Origin: a virus
Lineage: Duplodnaviria > Caudoviricetes
Virus record (IMG/VR): IMGVR_UViG_2834101283_000005
Span: 7,010 to 71,009 of that record
DNA length: 64,000 bases
Reading direction: 5' to 3' (one strand)
Position numbers and translations under genes: made by a program. The notes beneath the pieces were generated by a model. The model did not search any database and was not told the DNA's origin. It worked only from the letters and a program-made list of their open reading frames with translations. Below are positions 1-9,244 of the stretch, in pieces; position 1 is the stretch's first letter, and each line of letters opens with the position of its first letter.

Positions 1-411
1 ACAACATTCAAGGATGCTCTGGAAATCTTTAATCTTTTCTCCGTTTTCCCACAACGAGCAGCGAATGAAGTTTCTTACTGGCGACATGGTTTCGTATGAC
101 CGCTTGAGATTTTCTTTGCGAGTGACCCAGCGAAGGTTATTCGCATGGTTGTTTCTTATATTTTTGTCTATATGGTCTACCTCTGGTTTGTTTTCTGGAT
201 TTGGGACAAACGCTGTTGCTACCAATCTATGTATAGAAAAACGTTTTCCTTTCCCATCTTTCCATAAATTCACATACAAATATTTTGAAGTGGAAGTTGG
301 AGACGCACTAATGAAAATGTTGTTTTTTAAGGAATATACGCGCCCATCATCAGAAACCATGTATGAATCTTCGTACCCTTTTATCGGTAACATATTAGGT
401 AAGTTAGTTAT
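1..411 (-). CDS. NUMOD4/HNH homing endonuclease, intron-encoded; 3' end runs off the window
   Basis: Manual translation: (ITNLPN)MLPIKGYEDSYMVSDDGRVYS...RFSIHRLVATAFVPNPENKPEVDHIDKNIRNNHANNLRWVTRKEN, a NUMOD4 plus HNH signature. SD AGGAG at 423-419, then ATA at 411 or ATG at 393. Absent from the ORF track because it has no stop in the window. Confidence 0.9.
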   Translation of the reverse strand, partial: MTNLPNMLPIKGYEDSYMVSDDGRVYSLKNNIFISASPTSTSKYLYVNLWKDGKGKRFSIHRLVATAFVPNPENKPEVDHIDKNIRNNHANNLRWVTRKENLKRSYETMSPVRNFIRCSLWENGEKIKDFQSILECC

Positions 412-609
412 AATAAATCTCCTTTTTATGAAGTCTTAGCACGGTATTGCCTGCTATCTATTGCATAGACCGTAGGTTCTCTTACGAAGTGTATTCGAGC
501 AATAATGCCTTATATAACTTCTACCGTTAGCCCCGTTAGGGACACCTGTAAGCAATACAGTTCACGTGAATTAACATCTATTGTTTCCAATAAACTCGAC
601 ATAAAATTT
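1..609 (-). mobile_element. Group I intron interrupting dnaE (5' part only)
   Basis: DnaE similarity stops at ...PERVTPAD, just before the expected (I/V)DxD catalytic motif. The exon ends in U (GAU, position 610), followed by a structured segment with a P4-like ACGGT...ACCGT(GCTAAG) pair and then an HNH ORF. The 3' exon is outside the window. Confidence 0.75.
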
Positions 610-1758
610 ATCTGCTGGGGTGACTCGCTCTGGGTTGCAGAACCGTTCAAATAAAAGGTTGTATCGCAGGGGGTCAACTTTGGTGATGCCCATAAAGTAA
701 GCCACATCGCTGCCGCAGACACTCCCACGCCCCATACCAGTGCGGATTCCTTTTTCTTTGCACATGCGTATCATGTCGTCGATGATGCACATGTAATTCA
801 AATAGTCCACTTTCCCAAGCATATCGATTTCGTAGTTGATACGGTCGATATGCTCTTTTTTATTGGTCCATTTGCCGACTTTCTTTTCCATGTAGCCTTC
901 ATTGCAGCGTTTACGGATGTAGGCTTCGGGGTCGGCGCAGAAGTTGGGGTAGTGTTGACCACCCACAGGGATTTCCACGTTGCATTTATTCACAATTTCC
1001 TTGACGTTGGCATAAAAGCTGTCTACGTCTTCCCTGCTGAACCCATGAAATTCCATCATGTAATCGTCCACTTCTTCGGTACTCATGAGATAGTACGTCT
1101 GGGTAGGGTAGTAGTCGCTTTCGTCTCCAAGGTTAAGCCATAAGCGGTGATACGGAGCGTCTTCTTTGCGGACATAGTGGCTGTCCAGCGTGACGATAAC
1201 TTTGTGACCATGAGCCTTGGCAAATTCATAGGCTTTTCGGTTGTATGCCTTTTGGTCATCCATGTCGTGTGGCTGTACCTCAACGTACAAGTCACGTCCA
1301 AAGATACAGGACAGCTCGTGCATGTCTTCCAATGGGTCGTCCTGTCGGAGGATACCGGCAAGGCAAGCGGTAGTGCAAATCAGTCCTTCGTGAAACTCGT
1401 CAATGGCTGTCATATTGATTCTGGGCTTCTTGTAGAAGTTTTCATGGGCAAACTTATTGAGCCGCATGAGATTCTTGTAGCCATCAAGGTCTTTTGCAAG
1501 AAACAGCATGTGATACATTGTGGATTCCTTGAGGTTGATGTCATGTACGAAATACATTTCGCATCCCAACAGCGGCTTGATTCCTTCCTTTTTGCAGGCT
1601 TCGTAGAACTGGAACAGGCCACTGACGGTGCCGTGGTCGGTGAGAGCTAAGGCTTCATAACCAAGCTCTTTGGCTCTCTTTGGCAATTCATTTATGTTCG
1701 CATATCCGTCATGGAGGCTATTATCGCCATGGCTATGCAAATTAGCTACAAAGTTCAT
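571..1758 (-). CDS. dnaE: DNA polymerase III alpha subunit, exon 1 (PHP domain and start of palm; exon probably ends at 610)
   Basis: NLHSHGDNSLHDG, ALTDHG, GMGRGSVCGS and LLFERFCNPER motifs of DnaE. Confidence 0.93.
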   Translation of the reverse strand: MNFVANLHSHGDNSLHDGYANINELPKRAKELGYEALALTDHGTVSGLFQFYEACKKEGIKPLLGCEMYFVHDINLKESTMYHMLFLAKDLDGYKNLMRLNKFAHENFYKKPRINMTAIDEFHEGLICTTACLAGILRQDDPLEDMHELSCIFGRDLYVEVQPHDMDDQKAYNRKAYEFAKAHGHKVIVTLDSHYVRKEDAPYHRLWLNLGDESDYYPTQTYYLMSTEEVDDYMMEFHGFSREDVDSFYANVKEIVNKCNVEIPVGGQHYPNFCADPEAYIRKRCNEGYMEKKVGKWTNKKEHIDRINYEIDMLGKVDYLNYMCIIDDMIRMCKEKGIRTGMGRGSVCGSDVAYFMGITKVDPLRYNLLFERFCNPERVTPADKFYVEFIGNNRC

Positions 1759-2524
1759 GCTGTAGTTCCTTCTTCCTTAAAAACAGATTGACAAAATAAA
1801 GCTGTCCTTCGCCGGTGACATAGGTTGTGAAGAAGGTGAGAGTGCCATTCGAGCCGACGCGATGGCGTTCGTTGACTCGGAACAGTCCCTTCTCCATAGC
1901 AATCTGGGTGGGTCGATTCTTGTCCATCCCAGTCTTCATGAGGTAATCGTTATCTCTCAGCCACTGGAATAACCGCTTTTGACCAATTTCAATTCCGTTC
2001 TGCTTGAGAATTTTGGAGAGATTTCCAATGGTGCAGTCGCTTTTTGTGATGCCGACAGCATTGGCGAACAACACCTTCGGCTTGTCTTGCTCGATTTTAA
2101 GCTCTGCCTTACGGCGAGCTTCTTTTTCTTTCTTTAATTCTGTCGCAAGGCTAATCAAAAAGTCTGGTTCGGTAATGGCTTTATAGATGGCTTCGTCGGT
2201 CATATATGCGCCATGCTTATGAATGGTGGGGAGGACTTCGTCGAAAACCCAACGCTCGAACCTTTCGGCAGCAGGAAGTTTACTACGAATGATTAATCGG
2301 TATACGTCACCTTCTGGTATAAATAACATGTTCTGCCTACCACCACTAGTAGGTACTTCCATTTTGGAAACCCCTTTGCAATGTGTATTTACTGCTTTCG
2401 AGGGGATGGCATAACCCAAAGCTTTGGCTACATCACTAGCGCAGAACAAGACATTCCCTTGCTCCACGATAGTTCTTACTTGACCGAATTCTTCGTTGTT
2501 GAATACTTGCACTTCGTTGTTCAT
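1742..2524 (-). CDS. Bro-N / ANT phage antirepressor
   Basis: FNNEEFGQVRTI...FCASDVAKALGY...WVFDEVLPTI (Bro-N); PKVLFANAV...TYVTGEGQLYF (ANT C-terminal domain). Confidence 0.92.
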   Translation of the reverse strand: MNNEVQVFNNEEFGQVRTIVEQGNVLFCASDVAKALGYAIPSKAVNTHCKGVSKMEVPTSGGRQNMLFIPEGDVYRLIIRSKLPAAERFERWVFDEVLPTIHKHGAYMTDEAIYKAITEPDFLISLATELKKEKEARRKAELKIEQDKPKVLFANAVGITKSDCTIGNLSKILKQNGIEIGQKRLFQWLRDNDYLMKTGMDKNRPTQIAMEKGLFRVNERHRVGSNGTLTFFTTYVTGEGQLYFVNLFLRKKELQHELCS

Positions 2525-2559
2525 TGGCAGTCACTCCTTTATTCAATAAATGTAACTAA

Positions 2560-2940
2560 TAGATACCTTTATTTATGGCTGGTTTTTAAAGGCATATACT
2601 TGACAACCTTAAGCCAGTGTGGCATCCGGCACCGGAGTCCGAGATATACTCATCCCAAAGGAGGCTCCGTAGAGTCGTCCTTGGGTGAGTATTGGGCATC
2701 CGTATACCGTCGCCTCGTTATAGCTGCTCTCATACACGCTTCATCGTCCCCAATCTGTCCCGGTTCCTCCACATGTTCCCACGTCCGAAGACGCCAGATT
2801 CCCGCCTGACCATTATGCCGTCATCGCCTTAGAGGGAAGCTTTATGAGCAGCACATAGGCCTGTCCGGCGTCACCCGTAACCCTCAGCCAGTTTTTTCTT
2901 TCGGTGATAGCGACACCGCTGTTTTTTAGAGTGTTATTCC
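2560..2940 (-). ncRNA. Candidate structured leader or ncRNA upstream of the Bro-N/dnaE operon
   Basis: About 380 nt with no credible ORF. Hairpins CGTC-UUCG-GACG and AUACUCA/UGAGUAU, and long-range GCUGCUC/GAGCAGC. Confidence 0.35.
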
Positions 2941-2987
2941 ACTAACCACTTTAGGTTAACTATTTAACTTGAACTGTTGACAGGAAG

Positions 2988-3113
2988 ATTGTACCTCTAA
3001 AAATGGCTATCGTCAATAGGGTAAAGCATTATTCTCTTTAGAATAATAAGTAAATTATTCGATTTAGAATAATTATGACGGGTATTGACGAAAAACTTTT
3101 CTGGAGGTATGAT
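2988..3113. promoter_or_regulatory. Divergent sigma70 promoters with two palindromic operators
   Basis: Minus strand: TTGACG-N17-TACAAT (3016-2988). Plus strand: TTGACG-N17-TATGAT (3085-3113). ATTATTC-N6-GAATAAT at 3028-3047 and 3054-3073. Confidence 0.8.
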
Positions 3114-3181
3114 ATATGCGTGCTCAAGTTAACGAGTTAACTTAGCATACAAAAACAATAGAAATGAAAGGGTGAAACAGT

Positions 3182-3724
3182 ATGATTACGCCGAAAGGCA
3201 AACTTATGTACGTCCACATCAATGGACGCGAAGAAGAATATCCCAAGGGGAATAAGACGGGTCGCTACACGGCAACGTTGGAGCTTACCGAAGAAAACTA
3301 CAATCTTGTCAAAGATGAGTTGAACAAGATTTGGGAAGCTTCGGACGAATACAAAGATGTGGCCGAAGTGGTCGAGGTGATGAACCCGAACCTTGGTGTC
3401 AAAAAGAAGAAAGATAAAAAGACAGGAGAAATCCATTATCTTCTCAAAGCCAAGCTTACGCGGTTCAAGGTCGATAAGACTACAGGTGAGCAGACAGAAC
3501 GTTTCGTTACCATTAAGGACGGTGCAAATGTCCGCTTAGCCGACGACACAAAAATCTTCAACGGCAGCGAAGGGCGGTTGATGGTATATCCACGCCCGTA
3601 CAACTTGGGGGCAAATTATGGCGTTAGCTTGTATTTGCAGGAAATCCAGTTAACCAAAGCAGCTACTGGCAACACCGAGGAATTCCCTATTGACGACGAA
3701 GACATCGAAGAAGCACCGTTTTAA
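3182..3724 (+). CDS. Single-stranded DNA-binding protein (T7 gp2.5/DUF2815-like)
   Basis: TPKGKLMYVHI...Y.ATL...GSEGRL...GVSLYLQEIQL, with an acidic tail ending in F (DDEDIEEAPF). Confidence 0.8.
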   Translation: MITPKGKLMYVHINGREEEYPKGNKTGRYTATLELTEENYNLVKDELNKIWEASDEYKDVAEVVEVMNPNLGVKKKKDKKTGEIHYLLKAKLTRFKVDKTTGEQTERFVTIKDGANVRLADDTKIFNGSEGRLMVYPRPYNLGANYGVSLYLQEIQLTKAATGNTEEFPIDDEDIEEAPF

Positions 3725-3855
3725 TCGGGAAGGGGGCTGAATCAACGGCCCTTTGAAATGCCTTGGAAGGACACCTTGTGTGCAACTGACATGCCAGCCT
3801 AAAAACGTCATTACACAAACTTACACGCTCCTTTCTTTAAATCTTTCCTTCCAAG

Positions 3856-4815
3856 GTGTCTCTAAGGGCCGTTCATATGACTCCAGGTGAATTTAGTAAA
3901 TTAGATATAAAAAAGCAGGCTCACCGGCTAACATTGCTGTACTTCAAAGGGCAATGTTTTCAGCGCGGTAAACCTGTTACTGGTTACTTTCAGTTGCGGT
4001 CGACATTCCTTAAAGCCAAGCAAGAGGACTTAACCGAAATGTTCCTTTACTTGTCTGGGACGGACGAACGGCCACCATTGAAAGAACTGTGGAATGGCTG
4101 CAAGCTTTGGAACCAAGAAAAAATCCAAAGTCATGCAGTCAGCGATTATGAACCTTTAAGCGTGGAGGAATTATGCCGGGACATGGAATGAAATTTACGC
4201 CAGAGAAGAAAGCCGTTGCATGGCTTAATGAAAATAGAAGCATTTACGCCGGCGTTTCCACGGGAATTCGTACCGAAGAACAGCTCCGTGAATGGAAAAA
4301 GAAGTGGAAACATGACATGGACACGCCGTTATATCGTAAATTGATGGACGAGCGGTCCGCCCTTGTTTCCATTTCGGACCTTGGAACATGCTACTTCATC
4401 GAATCCCTCGCCGCCAAGGCATTCAGTCTTTGGCTTGCGAAAGGGTACTTAAAGTGGCTCTGGGGCCCAACGCAGCGTGTTGAAGCGTTGCACGTTTGGA
4501 TTCCCATGCGCGGAATTGTTCATTCATTTGCAAGAAAGATGAAAAAAAATTACAACAAAGACGAAGAATTTAATATGAGAAAAGTAAAAAAACATGGGGA
4601 GGAAGGGAAACTTGAAAGTAGGCTCAAGAATCAAAAGCAGAAAGTTAAAAGGACTCGCAACCGTAGTCGCACAGCGAGGTTCCGAGATACTCGTTGAATG
4701 TGACGACCGGGAAGACGGCAAGTTTGTCGTGTCGGCCTTTAATGGCTATTATGCACGGGATATGAAACGTCGCCTGCGTTGGCTCAAATTGAAAGATGTC
4801 GAATTATGGACGTAA
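3856..4815 (+). CDS. Three hypothetical proteins (3856-4191, 4173-4697, 4594-4815)
   Basis: Overlapping, operon-like ORFs between SSB and primase; no recognisable motif. Confidence 0.55.
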
Positions 4816-5726
4816 TCGGTAGCCTGCTTTACAAGATTGATTTACGTGACCTTGTATGTTTCTACACGGAACTGACAGAATCCAGTAACGGCATCGCAAG
4901 AGGTAAGTGTCCGATACATCATGGCAACAACCCAACAAGCCTTGCAATATACCCTGATGGTACGTACTATTGCTTTGCTTGTCACTCTACCGGCAACGCT
5001 ATCAATTTTTATAGCGCGGTTACTGGCTATCCCTTTTATCAGGCCGTTGAGCGACTTTGCGAAGAATACGAAGTGTCAATGGATGATGCGACGTTCAAAG
5101 CGCAAAAGGACATCGTTGGGCGAAACACCCAGATGGCCGCGCGATTCAGCCGCTACATCGGACATTTGAGCGACTACTTGATGAAGTCACGAAAGCTGAC
5201 AGAGGAAACCATCAAAGAGTTTCATTTGGGTTACGACGGTGGAAATTTCCTAATGGAAACACCTGGGCTTATTATCCCAATTCAAGACAAATATGCTCGC
5301 ATCGTCGGTTTTTCCAAACGTCGCCTCAACGATGGGAAACCTAAGTACCGCAACAGTCCCGATGACGACATTTTCAAGAAGGGTAACATCCTTTTCAATT
5401 ACCATCGGGCCATTGGGCGCATCAAAGATTGCGGTTGCCTTCATCTTGTTGAGGGTTATATGGATGTTATGTCGGCTCATCAACAGGGGTTGCCATGCGT
5501 GGGCTACCTTGGAAGTAAACCGACAAAGCAACAACTATTGATACTTTCAGAGTTGCAGAAGCGTTACCCCGACATGGTAATCTACCTGTCCGTAGATAAT
5601 CCAAAGGTTGACAAGGAAGGCCGACGGATGCTGCCGAGAATCCGCAACGACATTGTAAAATACGCACCGAACTTGAATGTCCGATGCGTAGTATTCCCGG
5701 ATGGAGAAGATGATGAGAAATATTGA
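4779..5726 (+). CDS. dnaG: DnaG-type primase (CHC2 zinc finger and Toprim), C-terminally short
   Basis: CPIHHGNNPTSL..YYCFACH; PKYRNSP; LVEGYMDVMSAHQ. Confidence 0.9.
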   Translation: MAQIERCRIMDVIGSLLYKIDLRDLVCFYTELTESSNGIARGKCPIHHGNNPTSLAIYPDGTYYCFACHSTGNAINFYSAVTGYPFYQAVERLCEEYEVSMDDATFKAQKDIVGRNTQMAARFSRYIGHLSDYLMKSRKLTEETIKEFHLGYDGGNFLMETPGLIIPIQDKYARIVGFSKRRLNDGKPKYRNSPDDDIFKKGNILFNYHRAIGRIKDCGCLHLVEGYMDVMSAHQQGLPCVGYLGSKPTKQQLLILSELQKRYPDMVIYLSVDNPKVDKEGRRMLPRIRNDIVKYAPNLNVRCVVFPDGEDDEKY

Positions 5727-5919
5727 GGTGTTCGACATTATCATTGACCGTAAGTGTCATGCGTATGTCGTGAAAAATAAGCGTAAAGACCGAAACGGTC
5801 ATGACATTTTTGATTGTGCGACGACAGGCATACGACCACAAAGCCGTACCATTCAACGCGAAAACATCGTGGCCGTTTTGAACAGTATGAAAGGAGAACC
5901 ATTTGAATGCGAAAGTTAG
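5701..5919 (+). CDS. Hypothetical protein
   Basis: Overlaps both neighbours and is coupled in the operon. Confidence 0.6.
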   Translation: MEKMMRNIEVFDIIIDRKCHAYVVKNKRKDRNGHDIFDCATTGIRPQSRTIQRENIVAVLNSMKGEPFECES

Positions 5920-7046
5920 CAAGCGTTCAAGTCATTCAGGACTTGACGCCGATTCCGAACGCAGACCGCATTGAGACGGCGCATGTGCTCGGCTGGGAAG
6001 CTGTTGTGAAAAAGGGAGATTTCAAGGTAGGTGACAAATGCGTCTACATCGAAATTGACTCGCTACTCCCCGAAGACAACCCTGCGTTTGACTTTCTAAA
6101 GGATAGTAAGGGAAAAATCGAAAGAATCCGAACCAAGAAGCTTCGGGGACAGATTAGTCAAGGTTTGATAATGCCTATGTCGATACTGCCGGAAGACCAT
6201 GAGGTTGGCGACGACGTGACAAAGGTGCTGAAAATCAAGAAGTGGGAGCCGGATTTGTGGAACCGCCCGGCAGATAAACGTCCGAGTCGCCTTGTCCGCA
6301 AGTATAGTGGCAAGTGGGCGAACCGCCTCTTGTACAATAAGCCGTGGACGAATTGGTTCAGCAGATACCTTTTCACGCAGACAGCCAAGAGCTTCCCTGA
6401 CTTCATTAATCGCACTGACGAGACTCGCTGCCAAGCGATGCCAGAAGTTGTTGCTTATTATGCTGGCACTGATTGCGCTGTAACCGAAAAAATGGACGGC
6501 AGCTCTATCACTATTTGGTTTGACGATAAGCTCAAATTGCATGTCGCAAGCCGTAACCTTGAGGTGCTTGACACGAGCAATTATTTCTGGAAGGCGGTCA
6601 TTAACGAGGACATTGAGGATAAGCTTCGGGCTTGCTTTGTAAGCAACCTGGACAAGCTCAAGTGGTTATGCTTGCAGGGGGAACTCTGCGGGCCGAACAT
6701 TCAGGGCAACAAGTACAAGTTCAAGCAGAAAGGCATTTTCTTTTTCAATATTTTGTACTGCAACCCTGTTCGGTATCTGAGTTTGGCCAACTTGTGTGAC
6801 CTTACAACCCGCTGCGGACTCAAGACGGTACCTATTTTGGATATGCAATATAAGCTTCCGAGTGACATCGCAAGTATCGTAGACATGTCCAAAGGCGAAT
6901 CGTATTACGGCAATACGCCGAGGGAAGGTGTGGTTGTCCGTCCAGAGCCGCCTATTATCGACCATAACGGGTTTCCTGGGATGGTTGGCAATCGGGTTTC
7001 CTTCAAGGCAATCAACCCTGAATTTCTTTTGAAGTACAAATTGTAG
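5907..7046 (+). CDS. RNA ligase, DRB0094-like (N-terminal OB/tRNA-binding fold and Rnl2-type nucleotidyltransferase)
   Basis: MRKLAS...PIPNADRIE...VVKKGDFKVGD..YIEIDSLLP; motif I TEKMDGSS; LQGELCGPNIQGN; REGVVVR; SFKAINPEFLL. Confidence 0.9.
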   Translation: MRKLASVQVIQDLTPIPNADRIETAHVLGWEAVVKKGDFKVGDKCVYIEIDSLLPEDNPAFDFLKDSKGKIERIRTKKLRGQISQGLIMPMSILPEDHEVGDDVTKVLKIKKWEPDLWNRPADKRPSRLVRKYSGKWANRLLYNKPWTNWFSRYLFTQTAKSFPDFINRTDETRCQAMPEVVAYYAGTDCAVTEKMDGSSITIWFDDKLKLHVASRNLEVLDTSNYFWKAVINEDIEDKLRACFVSNLDKLKWLCLQGELCGPNIQGNKYKFKQKGIFFFNILYCNPVRYLSLANLCDLTTRCGLKTVPILDMQYKLPSDIASIVDMSKGESYYGNTPREGVVVRPEPPIIDHNGFPGMVGNRVSFKAINPEFLLKYKL

Positions 7047-8086
7047 GTGATTTATATGGGGGTCAAAGCTTGGGTGCTTTATATTGCAATGAGCATCCTT
7101 GACATAATTTGCATTTTCTTTGCCATCAAGGGAGCGGCGATTTTATTCGGGTTTGAGGGGATTGAACCGTTTGCCTTTGCGGTTGCTGTTGGTTTTGGCG
7201 TAAATAATTTCTTGGAGCGTGACAGATTTGGAATGCGAGATTAAACGAGAGTTCCGTGGTGAGGTCAACGGGTATGAGTTTGACAATCAAAACGCATATT
7301 TCGCCGTATCGAACATCATAGACACTCTCGAACATAAATTAGGAAGAAAATTTGGTGACTTTGAATTGGCGGCTTTGATTGCTGATGCCTATTTCTTGTA
7401 TCAAGATTTAGGGCTGTCAGCAGAGAAATTTGAAGATTCCTGCCTTTCAAACATATCTAAGGGTTCTTTAAGGTTTCTACCTAAGAACAAAAAAATTAAA
7501 GAATACAACGAATTATTGGGAGGGTTGTTGTCATGATGCGTAAATTTGATGTCGGTGATGATGTCTTTTATAACGGTGAGAGGGCTACGATTATTGGCCT
7601 TTATGTTCTTAACGGAAAAGCTAAATACCTCATTGCTGTCGATACAGACCACTCTGTTTTTGCTGCCGAGGATGAATTACTCGGCCTTGACTTAGATAAT
7701 GGTGTGCTGCGCTTCATTAAGGAAACGTATTCGTTTTTGCAGCACCATGAGGATGTTAAAGGGTTTAGCCTTTCGCTTGGCCCTACAGGAGTCTTGTCGG
7801 TAGACATTACAACGAATGTTCAGGGCAACTTTGATTTCGACCTTGATAAATTCGATTATGTGATGGCGACCGAGTACATCAACCGCTTTTTAGATTAATG
7901 AAGCGATACATGGTGTATGGTAACATTGCCGTTCCTGTCTACGCCGAGGATGAAGACGAAGCGATGGATAAGGTAGCTGAATGGATTGACGACATTTACG
8001 ACCGTCATCATGTTGCCGATAGTATTGAACTAACCGGTGCAGAACGGGACTACGATGGTGACTTTGACAAAGAATTATTGAGTTAG
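7047..8086 (+). CDS. Four small hypothetical proteins (7047-7244 membrane, 7219-7536, 7533-7898, 7898-8086)
   Basis: Tightly coupled ORFs with SD sites. Confidence 0.6.
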
Positions 8087-8089
8087 GGG

Positions 8090-9244
8090 GTGATTGCGGT
8101 ACTTAAAGATTACAATGATTTGCTTAAAAATGGCATAGAGATAGCGTCGTTAAAGACGGTTCCGCTTGATATTGCGGCTCTTGAGATTGAGTTGGACAAC
8201 TTGAGCGACAAAGAATCTGAGTATCGCAAAGCCTCGGCGTTTTGCCGCACGGTCAAGGACGGCCTGGTCAAGAGCGACATTGCGGAGCTGTTGGCCGACC
8301 GATGGAATAAGCCGGTAAAGGAAATTAAACAGTACCTGCAGGTCGACGCTGATTCAGCAGACGAGTTGCTTGCGTTGGCTCACGGTGTAGATGACTGCTT
8401 TGCCGACTTCAAGAATTTCCTGTCTGGCGGCGTCATCAACCTTGGGCTTAAATCCATCGACGAGTCCATTGGAGGCATTCAACCTACGGATGTTATTGGC
8501 TTGGCTGCATATTCTAATCATGGTAAATCCTTCTTGGCGGCCAAGATTGCGGCTTATCAGCTCGTAAGAGAAAAGCGTAACGTTTTAATTATCTCGCGAG
8601 AAATGACCAGAGGGGCATACCTTCAAAGTATTGTCCAAAACATCCTTCACATGCCCAAGCGCAAACTGATGGACTACATCAATACTGACCAAGGGGCAGA
8701 ACTGTACGGCAAGGTCACGGATGCCCTGTCGAACCGGCTACGGATTGTGGACGAAGGGTGCGGCTCCATCGATGCTATTTGGAAGCTGACACAAGCGTTG
8801 AACACGAATGGGTTTCATGTAGATTTCGTCATTGTTGACCATTTTATGCTGCTCGACGGCGTAAGCGAATTTACCAAGTTTGAAGAACAGGCCAACATGA
8901 TGAAAGCCTTCACGAAGCACTTCAAGGCTCCCTTGTTGATGCTTACTCAGTTCAATGATGCGTCGCTATCGTCTATGTCAAAGAAAAAGACGCCGACGAA
9001 CAATAACATCAAGGGCAGCAACGCATTTATTGCCGTGTGCGATGTAACGCTTCTTCTCTGGCGACCAGCCTTACTCGAAAACAGTATGGACTCGATAGCC
9101 AAGGAAGAAAACAAAGATATTACCTATATTAAAATCAGCAAAAGCAGAAGGGAGTTGGAAGGGCCTGTGCTGTTCAAATATAAGTACAACAAGGATGATT
9201 ACGGCTTCAATGAAGTGCCGTTAGGAGATTTTTCGGATGATTGA
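8090..9244 (+). CDS. DnaB-like replicative helicase
   Basis: Walker A variant AAYSNHGKS, VIVDH Walker B, LMLTQ, IKGS, ISKSRR. Confidence 0.88.
   Translation: MIAVLKDYNDLLKNGIEIASLKTVPLDIAALEIELDNLSDKESEYRKASAFCRTVKDGLVKSDIAELLADRWNKPVKEIKQYLQVDADSADELLALAHGVDDCFADFKNFLSGGVINLGLKSIDESIGGIQPTDVIGLAAYSNHGKSFLAAKIAAYQLVREKRNVLIISREMTRGAYLQSIVQNILHMPKRKLMDYINTDQGAELYGKVTDALSNRLRIVDEGCGSIDAIWKLTQALNTNGFHVDFVIVDHFMLLDGVSEFTKFEEQANMMKAFTKHFKAPLLMLTQFNDASLSSMSKKKTPTNNNIKGSNAFIAVCDVTLLLWRPALLENSMDSIAKEENKDITYIKISKSRRELEGPVLFKYKYNKDDYGFNEVPLGDFSDD

Noticed and set aside
14-439. 141-aa plus-strand ORF in the track
   Set aside because: It is the antisense shadow of the intron-encoded NUMOD4-HNH gene.
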